A stretch of DNA of 64,000 nucleotides from Candidatus Kryptoniota bacterium (GCA_036567965.1 DATCTN010000021.1:8906-72905), one strand, 5' to 3'; numbered from the stretch's first letter, positions 8,154-17,965 are shown. Numbers and translations are program-made. Notes: generated by a model from the sequence alone, not told the origin.

Positions 8154-9110
8154 ATGCTTGTGAAACCATTTTTCCCGGTTTTGTTTATCTGCGCGACTCT
8201 TCTTGCATTTGAAAATGTTTTTGCCCAGACAGGGTCAGATTATTATTTGCCGCTGCGAATAGGAAACTACTTGAAATTCCATGCTGATGAAGGTCCACTT
8301 GGGTGGGCCGCGAGAACTACGACGCACACCATTGAAGGAACAGATTCCATTTCCGGAAAAGTCTATTTCAGGGAAAAGGACAGTGAGGAAGCAGATAATG
8401 GTATCTTCAGCGATGTGTTCAATGTCCTCTGGCTCAGTGAGGATTCGGCAAGGAATATACTTGTCGCGGCAGTCGGCGAAGAATCATCCGACATAGATTC
8501 GGCAACCATCCTTCCTAGCCCGGGCCCTTTTTTCCCCACTCAGGGTCTTGTTCCTGGCTACTCGATCCGGTATCCGTATAGCAACTATTTCATGGTAGAT
8601 TCCACTATCAGCGACACCGCGACAGTTGGGACGCCTGCAGGGACGTTTACGAATTGCGTCATGCAAAGTGAAACGCACTATGATAGTCTTGGGAAGGTCG
8701 TCTTCCTGGAATACCATTATTACGCGCACGGAGTCGGAATGGTTCTCAACCAGCGGGTCAAGCCTGATAGCAACGCGCACACCGATTATCTCATTCAATA
8801 TTCCGCCGTTACGGCTGTCCATGAAAAGAATGCCGCGGATGATCCACGCAGTTTCAGTTTGTTACAGAACTATCCGAACCCGTTTAATCCATCAACCACG
8901 ATCAGCTATCGGGTTGAAATGCGCAGCCAGGTTAGTCTGAAAGTTTACAACGTACTCGGTGAAGAAGTAGCAACTCTGGTAAACGAAACCAAAGATCCGG
9001 GTGAATACAGCGTGAAGATGGACGCGTCGAGATTCTCCAGCGGCGTCTACTTCTATCGGCTTTTTTCGGGAAATTACGTATCCACGAAGAAAATGTTGAT
9101 GACAAAATGA
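8154..9110 (+). CDS. Secreted protein with a T9SS C-terminal sorting domain
   Basis: Signal peptide ...PVLFICATLLAFENVFAQ. C-terminus LQNYPNPFNPSTTISY...GVYFYRL...KKMLMTK. The GTG at 8160 has better spacing to the AGGAG and is an alternative start. Confidence 0.85.
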   Translation: MLVKPFFPVLFICATLLAFENVFAQTGSDYYLPLRIGNYLKFHADEGPLGWAARTTTHTIEGTDSISGKVYFREKDSEEADNGIFSDVFNVLWLSEDSARNILVAAVGEESSDIDSATILPSPGPFFPTQGLVPGYSIRYPYSNYFMVDSTISDTATVGTPAGTFTNCVMQSETHYDSLGKVVFLEYHYYAHGVGMVLNQRVKPDSNAHTDYLIQYSAVTAVHEKNAADDPRSFSLLQNYPNPFNPSTTISYRVEMRSQVSLKVYNVLGEEVATLVNETKDPGEYSVKMDASRFSSGVYFYRLFSGNYVSTKKMLMTK

Positions 9111-9188
9111 TGAAATTGTTTTGGCAGAAATCAGCCGATCTTTTCGGCGAACTGCTCATGGAGTAACTCATTCGTCTCTTCGTTTCGT

Positions 9189-9226
9189 AAGTCCCGCTAT
9201 CATCATTGGTGGCGGGACTTTTTTTG
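9189..9226 (+). terminator. Rho-independent terminator after the T9SS cargo genes
   Basis: Stem aagtcccgc (9189-9197) pairs with gcgggactt (9212-9220) and is followed by a T-run. Confidence 0.6.
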
Positions 9227-9471
9227 TGTAGCGGTTGCATCCAGGAATAGAGGGAGAGAGCAGAGTAACCAAAACATTACCTCAGCGGGTACCGCTCTGT
9301 ACCACTATATACTCGAGTGACCAAAACGACACCGGTGCTCGTATAAATTTGATAAATCCGATGCTGACGATAAGAGAAAAGTGCTAAATCGGAATTAAAT
9401 GTGGGCACTTTGACCAGTCAAAAAGATCGTCAAGTTATATTTGCACGCACTCAGGAATTGGGAGCAGTCCT

Positions 9472-10098
9472 TCAATCTTGCGGAACATAAAAAGGTATGT
9501 AGAAAAACTTTGACTGGTAGAGGTACTTGATCGTTGCCACCTTGCAGCCCTGATACTCCTCAGGAAAAGCGACATCAAACGAGTCTGCTGAGCTGATGTT
9601 CAACGGGAACTTGTAGAAATAAGTTGCGAGGATCTCATGTCGGCGTGGAAATCTTACATCCCAGTGATACAGTCCTTCCTCGGGAAGCTTCTGCAGATTC
9701 GATTGGGCGTGGAAAACCTCCACCGGATATATCAATTCCGATCTGTCGTTTATTCGAAGCGCAACCCTCGGAGGCTCAACCAAAAGAACACTATCTGATG
9801 TTGAGACTTCGATATCATAGAAGAACTTGCTCCGCGTTCCCGCCCAGAATGGGAAAAAAGGTATGGCGGGAATCCCTACCAGTCCCCAGGACGGCCCGGC
9901 AACTGTACGCACTTTCAAGGACTTGTTTCCGCACTTGAACTCGTAAGCAAAAAGCGGGTCGACACTGTCAGGCAATACAGTCCATGTTACCGGTCGGGCC
10001 TGGATGAACGCTCCCGCGTGTCCAAATCTGGAGCAGCTCGCGAGTAAAGATGAAAGAAGAATAATCAAGACTAGAGTGGTCGAAACTTTGTTTCTCAT
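9472..10098 (-). CDS. Hypothetical lipoprotein
   Basis: An internal ATG gives MRNKVSTTLVLIILLSSLLASCS, a lipobox (L-A-S-C). I recognise no family. Confidence 0.6.
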   Translation of the reverse strand: MRNKVSTTLVLIILLSSLLASCSRFGHAGAFIQARPVTWTVLPDSVDPLFAYEFKCGNKSLKVRTVAGPSWGLVGIPAIPFFPFWAGTRSKFFYDIEVSTSDSVLLVEPPRVALRINDRSELIYPVEVFHAQSNLQKLPEEGLYHWDVRFPRRHEILATYFYKFPLNISSADSFDVAFPEEYQGCKVATIKYLYQSKFFYIPFYVPQD

Positions 10099-10503
10099 TT
10101 CGATTTCTCTCGATCTTCGGGTCGCGCGGGGATGAAGTTTCTTCCAAGGTTTTTCAAGCAGCAAGTCTGTATTGCCATGATCCTCTGCAAGACTTTACAT
10201 CATGAGCGAACGAAATGCAAGAGGATGTGCAGGGTCCTGACGAAACGAGGTTGTCTATCGATGGCTAGTCCTAAGTATTCAGGAGACATCAGGCTGAAAG
10301 GAAAGAGGACGTTATTGTTTCCTCCGTTGGGGAGATTACTTCGCTTGAAACCGTGCGAGTTGTATTTTCACTCACATGTGTATAATGTTATTCGAGTACG
10401 TATCAATCTCCAGAGCATCCGGAACAGGGAGAATGAACTGATCTTCTGTCCGGGCTTTACAATTATTATCCGGATTTCATTAAAGGATTACTTCTCTTAA
10501 GTC

Positions 10504-11673
10504 ATGAGCAAAAACAATTATGCACTTGTAAACGGAAAGCTTGTAACTCCAACAAGCGTTATCGAATGTGGTACACTTCTCGTCGAGGATGGAACGATAA
10601 GTGAAGCGCTTACCGAACATGCCAAGTTTCCTTCCGCCGGATTTGAGATTCTCGATTGCGCTGGTAGAATCGTTATGCCCGGATTCATCGACCTCCATAC
10701 GCACGGCGGGCGGGGTCATGATTTTGTTGATACAGATGACAATACTTGTGCACAACTATCTGAATATTATTTCTCGCACGGGGTTACGACGCTTCTCGCC
10801 ACATTGTCTCCACTTTCACATTCTCTACTACTTCCGGCAGTTCAACGGATGGCGAAATTTCTCGAGAGTCACAAAACAGTGACGAATATAATCGGGATTC
10901 ACCTCGAGGGTCCTTACATCAACAGGGCGATGACCGGCGGAAATCAGGAAAAGTATATCGAAGCGCCCAACTTTGAGGAATGGCAGAAGGTAGCTGCGGC
11001 GGGAAAAGGTCACATCAAGCTAATGACCGTAGCTCCCGAATTGCCCGGCATAGATCCTATTATCGATCACGCAATTAAGAATGGAATCGCCATCTCGGTC
11101 GGCCATTCGAAGGCGAACGGCGACATCATGGCAAGGATGATCGAAAGAGGTGTAACGCAGGTTACTCACTTATTCAACAGCATGCCGCCTCTCCACCACC
11201 GGGAAGTTGGAATACTTACGGAGGCACTCCTCTCGGATTGTGTCGACGCGCAGTTGATTGCTGATGGGATTCATGTTAACGCGAAGACATTTCGATTGGC
11301 GGTAAAGTTGAAATCGCCGGATCATATACTCGTGATCACCGACTCGATCAGGGCAACTGAAAAAGGAGATGGCAAGTACACATCCGCAGGAAGGGAAGTG
11401 GTCGTGAAAGAAGGTGTTGTGAGGGCGGATGATGGTACGCTTGCAGGAAGCACGCTGGTTATGGAAGATGCTCTTAGATTCCTGACAACCGCGGCGAGGA
11501 TTAATCTTCCTGACGCATCTAAGATGATGTCATTGAACGCGGCGCGTGCACTTGGAATCGACAAGGAAACCGGAAGCATAACGAAGGGTAAGAAGGCAGA
11601 CATCGTAGTTGTCGATGACAGGTTCCGTGTAACATTGACGATGGCGGCTGGGATATTGCGATATCGATCATGA
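10504..11673 (+). CDS. nagA: N-acetylglucosamine-6-phosphate deacetylase
   Basis: Amidohydrolase/NagA motifs are present: GFIDLHTHGG, HLEGPYI, VGHSKA, THLFNSMPPLHHRE, ADGIHV. Length is 389 aa. Confidence 0.9.
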   Translation: MSKNNYALVNGKLVTPTSVIECGTLLVEDGTISEALTEHAKFPSAGFEILDCAGRIVMPGFIDLHTHGGRGHDFVDTDDNTCAQLSEYYFSHGVTTLLATLSPLSHSLLLPAVQRMAKFLESHKTVTNIIGIHLEGPYINRAMTGGNQEKYIEAPNFEEWQKVAAAGKGHIKLMTVAPELPGIDPIIDHAIKNGIAISVGHSKANGDIMARMIERGVTQVTHLFNSMPPLHHREVGILTEALLSDCVDAQLIADGIHVNAKTFRLAVKLKSPDHILVITDSIRATEKGDGKYTSAGREVVVKEGVVRADDGTLAGSTLVMEDALRFLTTAARINLPDASKMMSLNAARALGIDKETGSITKGKKADIVVVDDRFRVTLTMAAGILRYRS

Positions 11674-12185
11674 GATAGCGCAGCTTCAAATCTAAGAAGT
11701 TGTATTCCGATGTGGCTGGACTTTGGTCCGGAGGTCTCCAACTTTCTGCAAGTCAGAATTAAGAAACGCGGGCTATTCTAAAAACTTCAATCATGACAAA
11801 AATGCGCGACATGTGTCTTTTCTAACCCGTGATAACTACTTCCTCGACGGGCAATCCATTTACAGAATTATGCTTGGCTGATTGGGAAATGACTTGCTAC
11901 AGCAGAAGACCAAAACATGATCATCAGGTCTAATGCCGTCACAGGTGCGAACGCTCTCGCAACGACCGGCGCGGAATTGGATCGGAGAAAATCACTCTTG
12001 AGGACCTGAAATCCGAAGCACATTTAAATCCCGTTGTCCAATGTTAGGATGAATGGAATAGGACTGCAACAACTCCAAAGTAAGGTAGTGGGCTTTTTCA
12101 AACAGATTTGACATCGACAAATTCTCTCACGGTCATTCCCGTCCGCATGCAAGATCGACGGTCAGATCGTAGGGACGTGCTCTTA

Positions 12186-12335
12186 GTCCCGTCGAAATAT
12201 TTGTATGTCGGGATCCCGACCGAGGTCGGGACGGGAATCCATCTCCTCTTTTCCATTTGGATTCCCGATGCCGCCTTGCGGCATGCCGTGAGCGCTTTTT
12301 GCGCCATCCCGACATATAAATAATTCTGACGGGAC
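12186..12335. repeat. 150-bp element bounded by imperfect terminal inverted repeats of about 29 nt (MITE-like or structured RNA)
   Basis: Left arm gtcccgtcgaaatatttgtatgtcgggat (12186-12214); right arm atcccgacatataaataattctgacgggac (12306-12335). Internal hairpins: palindrome gtcgggatcccgac at 12207-12220, and stems at 12215-12230, 12233-12266 and 12268-12284. Confidence 0.4.
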
Positions 12336-12881
12336 ATACTCGTATAGAATAATTGAGCGGCATAGGAGTGTTCGTGAATAACAATGTGTCATTTTCAAAT
12401 GCGATAGAGCACTCAACGATGGGACATATTGGTAGCGTCAAAGTAGGCCGCTACCCAAGATTATCATAATTTGCTATTGACGGGTACAGGGGATAAATTT
12501 AGTGGAAGTGTGATCATGTCAGGAAAAGGGTGTGGACAAGCAAACTGTCAAAGGAGCCCCTAAGAACTGCGTATCCGGGCGAAGAAATAACAAAAGGGAG
12601 GGCAAGAATTCGCCTGTGGCGGACGTCAGCCCCCCCGAAGTGACGCTCTACAATCGGCCATCGATGGCTGCCTGCGCCGCGGGTTCAATCCCTCTTCCAA
12701 TCATTTCAATACACGTCCCAACAAATTCACTTCAAGACCTCCATTACTATCGGTGCAGGCGGTATGAGATATGAGGGATCGAAGTGCTGCGTGATTTCAT
12801 GAGACGGAGAAGTCCGGCGACAGATGTCCGGGATCTGATCCTGGGGCAAGAGACTACCACGATAAGAATGAGGTAGCAGCA

Positions 12882-13247
12882 ATGAGGACCATGTTATGTA
12901 TAATCCTCGTATTCGTCTCTGTCATCTTCGTCGCAGGACTGCCTGTATCCATCGCACAAGACAGATGCAGAGCGAGTGCAGCGATCGTTTTGATAGTGCT
13001 TCCTTCCGCACAAGTCGAAGACGGTCTGATCGAGAAGACATTTGATTCTTGTTTCGCACGGGGTGTCGACCTTTTTCGGAATGCGGGAATAACTTTTCAC
13101 GTGTCGGGCGGATTTACACTTCAAATGAAATTTTTGGGGAGAGCGGCCACTTTCGGGATGCAATTCCGTAAACACGGAATCAGGTCCCTCGTGGAGAGAG
13201 AATTCAACAATGTTACGACCGTCGAGATAGTCCACCTCGAAGGCTGA
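12882..13247 (+). CDS. Possible small secreted protein (strand uncertain)
   Basis: Signal-like N-terminus MRTMLCIILVFVSVIFVAGLPVSIAQ and purine-rich first codon positions. An equally long antisense ORF (12894..13256) exists. Confidence 0.3.
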   Translation: MRTMLCIILVFVSVIFVAGLPVSIAQDRCRASAAIVLIVLPSAQVEDGLIEKTFDSCFARGVDLFRNAGITFHVSGGFTLQMKFLGRAATFGMQFRKHGIRSLVEREFNNVTTVEIVHLEG

Positions 13248-13323
13248 CAATTTCAACGCGCAGAATCATCGTGAATGTAATTTGAATGATACGCAGAAGG
13301 AGTATAACAATTTGAGATCGGTC

Positions 13324-15102
13324 ATGAATACTATGCCGTTAGCACCCTCCTCTTGCGCGGGAGGACTGAGCCGCGAAGGGAAGGCACGCAAAGTTTGCTT
13401 CGGAAAATTACTCGTTGAAGCGGGCTTATTCCTGATCCTCTTCGGAAGGATTTCATTCGCTCAAGGAGTAGGAATCAGCGAAACAACAATCACTCCTGAT
13501 CCGACGGCCATACTTGAGCTGAGATATTCGTCCGGAACGTTCAAGGGATTCCTGGCACCTCGGATGACTACTGCGAATAGAACCAGTATTAGTAGTCCGG
13601 CGGAAGGGCTTCTGGTTTATGATGTGAGTACCAAATCCTTTTATTATTACGACGGCGGCTGGATTGCGATTTCCGCAACCAACTCTACTCTTGGTGTAGC
13701 AAATGGCGGCACTGGTCTATCGTCGATTACAGCAAACGACCTGATGTATGGCAACGGAACAAGTGCAGTCTCCCTACTGACGCCGGGAGGTACGACCGGT
13801 GCGCTCCTGATGAACACTGTGTCGGGAGCACCCAGCTGGTCGCTCCTGAGTTCTTTGCCTAGCAGTGCGGGCGCTTTGCCTATCGCCAACGGCGGGACAA
13901 ATTCGAGTGCCGCACTGTCGGGATCATCCATCATGATCTCAAACGGTACCGCGGTTGTACAAGGCGCTGCAGGAACAACAACACAAGTCTTACATGGCAA
14001 CGCCGGCGGAGCCCCGTCTTACAGTCAAGTCAGTTTGTCCGCAGACGTTGCCGGCAACTTACCTGTTACAAATCTTAATAGCGGAACAGGCGCTTCCGGC
14101 ACCACTTTCTGGCGCGGCGATGGAACATGGGCTACTGTTGCAGCTAGTGGTGGTGGTACGGTGACTACTTTTTCAGCTGGCACCTTAAGTCCGTTGTTCA
14201 CGACATCGGTAGCAACACCAACAAGCACGCCTGCTCTGTCATTCACTCTTTCAAATGCCGGAGCCTACTCTATTTTGGGTAATAGGTCCAACGCAAGCGC
14301 CGCGCCTTCTTACACGTCAACTCCGATTGTGAGCACTATGGGGTTGGCGGGAAGTACAAGCGGAGTGATAACCATGCAGCCCCAGACAGCAGCCGGCACT
14401 TACAACTTCAATTTTCCGACAAGCGCCGGCACATCCGGTCAGCCACTAATAAGTGGTGGAGGTGGCGCTAACGCAATGACATTTGGAACATTGGGCGTTG
14501 CCGCGGGCGGAACAGGATTAATCTCAGGAAACTCGGGAGGAATACTCGGATTTACGGCTGCGGGAACAATTGCCTCTTCAGCTGCTCTCACCGCTAACGG
14601 AGTTGTGATCGGAGGCGGTGCAGGGGCGACGCCGACATCTACAGCTGTGGGAACCACTGGTCAGGTGTTGACGGGGACCGGTGCCGCACCAACTTGGCAA
14701 GCGCCCATCACGGCGACGACTTCCTCAGGCGCCCTTGGTGCTGATGTCACGATGGTGACGGCAGGAACATGGTACACTGGCGCTTCCATAACCCCGGGCG
14801 CAGGTACTTGGCTCATCACCGGGTCAATTACAATGGGTAAAGCAAACGGGACAGCTGACGTGGAATACGCCAGGATTTGGGATGGTACGACAGTTTACGC
14901 GTCAGGTCAGGCTCACAATCCTGGAGTCAATCCTCACGCGACGACTATTACAATGACTTGCACGGTGACGACTGGAGCCGGCACCACGGTATCTGTTCAA
15001 GGGACATCTTCAGTAGCGAATGGTTTGATTAAAGCGGCATTAACTGGGAACGGCCAGGGTAACAATGCAACCAGGATTATTGCTGTCAAAATTGCTCCGT
15101 GA
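13324..15102 (+). CDS. Tail-fibre-like surface protein
   Basis: Hydrophobic leader ...LFLILFGRISFAQ. The N-terminal module AILELRYSSGTFKGFLAPRMTTANRTSISSPAEGLLVYDVSTKSFYYYDGGWIAI is typical of Bacteroidota tail-fibre-domain proteins. It has repeated ANGGTG/N and GQVL..G..GAP.W units and an FWRGDGTW motif. There is no T9SS sorting domain. Confidence 0.7.
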   Translation: MNTMPLAPSSCAGGLSREGKARKVCFGKLLVEAGLFLILFGRISFAQGVGISETTITPDPTAILELRYSSGTFKGFLAPRMTTANRTSISSPAEGLLVYDVSTKSFYYYDGGWIAISATNSTLGVANGGTGLSSITANDLMYGNGTSAVSLLTPGGTTGALLMNTVSGAPSWSLLSSLPSSAGALPIANGGTNSSAALSGSSIMISNGTAVVQGAAGTTTQVLHGNAGGAPSYSQVSLSADVAGNLPVTNLNSGTGASGTTFWRGDGTWATVAASGGGTVTTFSAGTLSPLFTTSVATPTSTPALSFTLSNAGAYSILGNRSNASAAPSYTSTPIVSTMGLAGSTSGVITMQPQTAAGTYNFNFPTSAGTSGQPLISGGGGANAMTFGTLGVAAGGTGLISGNSGGILGFTAAGTIASSAALTANGVVIGGGAGATPTSTAVGTTGQVLTGTGAAPTWQAPITATTSSGALGADVTMVTAGTWYTGASITPGAGTWLITGSITMGKANGTADVEYARIWDGTTVYASGQAHNPGVNPHATTITMTCTVTTGAGTTVSVQGTSSVANGLIKAALTGNGQGNNATRIIAVKIAP

Positions 15103-15173
15103 ACGGTATCTGGTTGTGAATGCATATTTGATTCAGGCGCCCAAACGGAGGCGGCCCGGCAGATGGAAGAATA

Positions 15174-17456
15174 TTGAGGACACTTGAAAGATTGATTCAA
15201 CTAATCAAAGCCGACGGAAAGTTTAATTTCTCAATAGCACCATATCTAGTCGGTGCTTTGTTGATCTGGCTCCCGAATGTCTCGATGGGACAGGTGCTAT
15301 CCAACAACAGCGCCGTTGTGTCACTGACTTCTGGCGCCTTCGTCGTCTCTATGGATGTCGGAAACGCGAGCGGCACAATAGCGAACAACGGGACTATTCA
15401 ACTCAGCGGGTCTTATACAAACGGCGGCACGACCAGCGGAAATGGAACATTTCAGCTCGGCGGTGACTGGACCAACAATGGAACCTTTTCCGCGGGATCA
15501 GGAACCTTGACATTTAACGGCACGGCATTGCAGCATATGGGCGGTTCGGCGTCAGCCCAGAACTTCAATAATGTAATCGTCAGTAACTCATCCGGCGTAG
15601 TGCTTGGTGGTTCTGGAAGTTTCACCATTAACGGCTCAATGACAATTAGCAACGGCTCGAGTTTAGATCTTCCAACCGGGCCTGTACTTACATTTGGATC
15701 CGGCGCATCCATTACAACAACCGGAACTGGAAAGATAATTCTTCAGTCCGGTTCGAATTATGTAAATCTCAGCAGCAGCGCGCCGACGCTTCAGGCGCAA
15801 ACCAATATCGCAGGGAGTGCAGGATGGCGAATGCTGGCGTCTCCCGACAATGTCACCGTCGGTTCAATGTTCGCAGCTCCTTTCGTCACACAGGGCTTCA
15901 CGGGTTCGAGCTATCCTTCATTACAACCCAACCTCCTCTGGTGGGATGAGACGAGCCAGGGCTCTTCACTCCAGGCGTGGAGAGATCCATCTTCGACTTC
16001 CGATGGCGTGGCGCTCGGTAGAGGCTATATGTTCTATGTGTTCGACGGGGCACAGAGATCAGATACCGCCAGCATCAATTATAGTGACGTACTTCCACTC
16101 ACGATGAGCGCGTCGGGTACGGAGCAGCCACTGACCACGGCATTTGATTTTGGCGTAACTGCCACCACACGATCAGCCGGCGGGCCGTCAGACACAACGT
16201 ACGTCGATACTAATGCCGTGGATTACGGATGGAACCTTGTCGGCAATCCGACTCCCTCGACGATCGACTGGGATGCTTCTCCGGGTTGGACAAAGGCGAA
16301 TATGGATGGGACTATTTACATCTGGGATCCGGCCGACACGAGCGGTGGATACAAGACCTGGAATGGGACAACCGGGAACCTCGGCAGCGGACTTGTTGCG
16401 CCATTTCAGGCTTTCTGGGTAAAGGCGAACGGCGCCGGTCCGTCTCTGAAATGCGACAATGGTGTGAAGTCGACCGGCGGCAGTTTTCTCGGGAAGATAG
16501 CAATGGATTCGGCAAAGGGGAGTCCACTTAAAAAGTTGACTAAGGATTCATCGCCGGTGCATTCTCTTGTGAAGGTTGCCAGCGATTCCACGGCCCGGCC
16601 GCCTGTTCTTCGTCTCGATCTCCTAAGCAATGGAATACAAACCCAAGCGTACTTTATGTTCAGAGATGCGGGAAAACTGACGTACGATCCGTACGACGCA
16701 TTTAGTTTAGTCCCGCCGTCCGACAAGTATTTGATTCTGTATTCCGTCGCCGGACAAGGCCAGCCTGCGATGCAAATTCAGGATCTGCCGGACACCGGCT
16801 TCGCTGATCCATTCATCTTGCCACTGTACGTCGGGGGAACAAAAGGAGGACAACCGCTCGACGGATCGTTCACGCTGCGCTGGACTTTCGAAGGACAAAT
16901 TCCGTCCGGTTGGAGTATCGCGCTCATGGATGATTCCACGGGCAAAGCCTACAACATGGTACAGGAGGGCGAGTTGACATTTCGATACAACACGCCGCCC
17001 GATCTGGTTCCGTCAGGCGGTAATTTCTTGCAGAAGAAATCTAGTCTTGCATCTACCCAACGATCGCCGGCTGTGCTGCCACGGCCGGTCGTACATACCG
17101 TGCCTGTCTCTAAGTTGTCGAAGGGCGCCGGTACATCGATCCGTTTCCGTGTCGCAATTTCGGCGCGCAACGATTTCGCGGGCTATTTGCCCAGCACTCC
17201 CGACCTGGCACAGAACTATCCGAACCCGTTCAATCCGTCCACGAACATTTCTTTCTGGGTTCCGTCCCCCACTCGAGTAACGATCCAGGTGTTCAATGTC
17301 CTGGGTCAGAGGGTCGCCACCGTCACGGACCGGGAGTATCCGACGGGCAAATATTTAGTTACATGGACCGCAAGGGGCGCGGCGAGTGGTGTCTATTTTT
17401 GCCGTATGATTGCTGGAACTCATGTGCAAACAAAAAAGATGGTCCTGGTCCGATGA
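15174..17456 (+). CDS. Large Gly/Ser/Thr/Asn-rich surface protein with a T9SS C-terminal sorting domain
   Basis: 760-aa ORF with a TTG start whose exact position is uncertain. The N-terminal third is G/S/T/N-rich and beta-helix-like. C-terminus AQNYPNPFNPSTNISF...GVYFCRM...KKMVLVR. Its stop overlaps the next start (ATGA at 17453-17456). Confidence 0.8.
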   Translation: MRTLERLIQLIKADGKFNFSIAPYLVGALLIWLPNVSMGQVLSNNSAVVSLTSGAFVVSMDVGNASGTIANNGTIQLSGSYTNGGTTSGNGTFQLGGDWTNNGTFSAGSGTLTFNGTALQHMGGSASAQNFNNVIVSNSSGVVLGGSGSFTINGSMTISNGSSLDLPTGPVLTFGSGASITTTGTGKIILQSGSNYVNLSSSAPTLQAQTNIAGSAGWRMLASPDNVTVGSMFAAPFVTQGFTGSSYPSLQPNLLWWDETSQGSSLQAWRDPSSTSDGVALGRGYMFYVFDGAQRSDTASINYSDVLPLTMSASGTEQPLTTAFDFGVTATTRSAGGPSDTTYVDTNAVDYGWNLVGNPTPSTIDWDASPGWTKANMDGTIYIWDPADTSGGYKTWNGTTGNLGSGLVAPFQAFWVKANGAGPSLKCDNGVKSTGGSFLGKIAMDSAKGSPLKKLTKDSSPVHSLVKVASDSTARPPVLRLDLLSNGIQTQAYFMFRDAGKLTYDPYDAFSLVPPSDKYLILYSVAGQGQPAMQIQDLPDTGFADPFILPLYVGGTKGGQPLDGSFTLRWTFEGQIPSGWSIALMDDSTGKAYNMVQEGELTFRYNTPPDLVPSGGNFLQKKSSLASTQRSPAVLPRPVVHTVPVSKLSKGAGTSIRFRVAISARNDFAGYLPSTPDLAQNYPNPFNPSTNISFWVPSPTRVTIQVFNVLGQRVATVTDREYPTGKYLVTWTARGAASGVYFCRMIAGTHVQTKKMVLVR

Positions 17457-17965
17457 CAAGATTCTTCGGATGCCTCATCACGGTATGCGTGCTGACGTGC
17501 GCCGTCGCTTGCGCTCAATCGCTAAAGGCGCATCAGGCAATAGCAACGATCACTGCTACTGCAACTGTGGTAGGAAATCTCGACATGATCGTGATGAAAG
17601 ATCTCGAATTCGATATTTCCACTCTCTCGCCTACTGAAATTGTCCTGAATCCGCAAACCGACCCGCGTTCCGGAGAAATCAAGATAGTCGGCAATCCTAA
17701 CGGTCTAGTGCGAGTGACGAACGAAATGGAATCTGTTCTCCAGCACGAGAGTGGCGAATCGCAGCTATACTTCACGTACAACCTGAGCGGAAGTTCGTCC
17801 GATGTCCAGAGCGAATCGACCCTCCTCACACAGAACAATGAAATCAGGCTGAGTGACCGGGGCGTGTATTATGTCTGGATTGGAGGTCAACTCTCGGGCA
17901 TTGAAGACATCATCCCTGGTAATTATGCGATGGACCTTACTATCGAGGTGGAATACCTCCCATGA
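17453..17965 (+). CDS. Pilin-like subunit 1 (SCPU/DUF4402-like)
   Basis: Signal peptide MTRFFGCLITVCVLTCAVACAQ. About 150 mature residues, beta-rich. It ends PGNYAMDLTIEVEYLP, matching the G.Y.G...V.Y tail of spore-coat-U/DUF4402 fimbrial subunits. Confidence 0.6.
   Translation: MTRFFGCLITVCVLTCAVACAQSLKAHQAIATITATATVVGNLDMIVMKDLEFDISTLSPTEIVLNPQTDPRSGEIKIVGNPNGLVRVTNEMESVLQHESGESQLYFTYNLSGSSSDVQSESTLLTQNNEIRLSDRGVYYVWIGGQLSGIEDIIPGNYAMDLTIEVEYLP

Noticed and set aside
12098-12441. Four mutually overlapping ORFs of 71-102 aa on both strands.
   Set aside because: They coincide with the nested inverted-repeat element. They are mirror images generated by the palindromic sequence, and have odd compositions and no RBS.
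12681-12692. gggttcaatccc resembles a tRNA/tmRNA T-loop.
   Set aside because: The flanking bases do not form a 5-bp T-stem, and no acceptor, D or anticodon arms can be drawn around it.
12532-12774. 80-aa ORF (GTG start) in the intergenic gap.
   Set aside because: It has an Arg/Asn/Cys-rich composition, no RBS and no recognisable motif, so it is probably not translated.
12894-13256. 120-aa minus-strand ORF exactly antisense to 12882..13247.
   Set aside because: Only one of the pair can reasonably be real. The plus-strand frame has a signal-peptide-like start and purine-rich first codon positions. Both calls remain weak.
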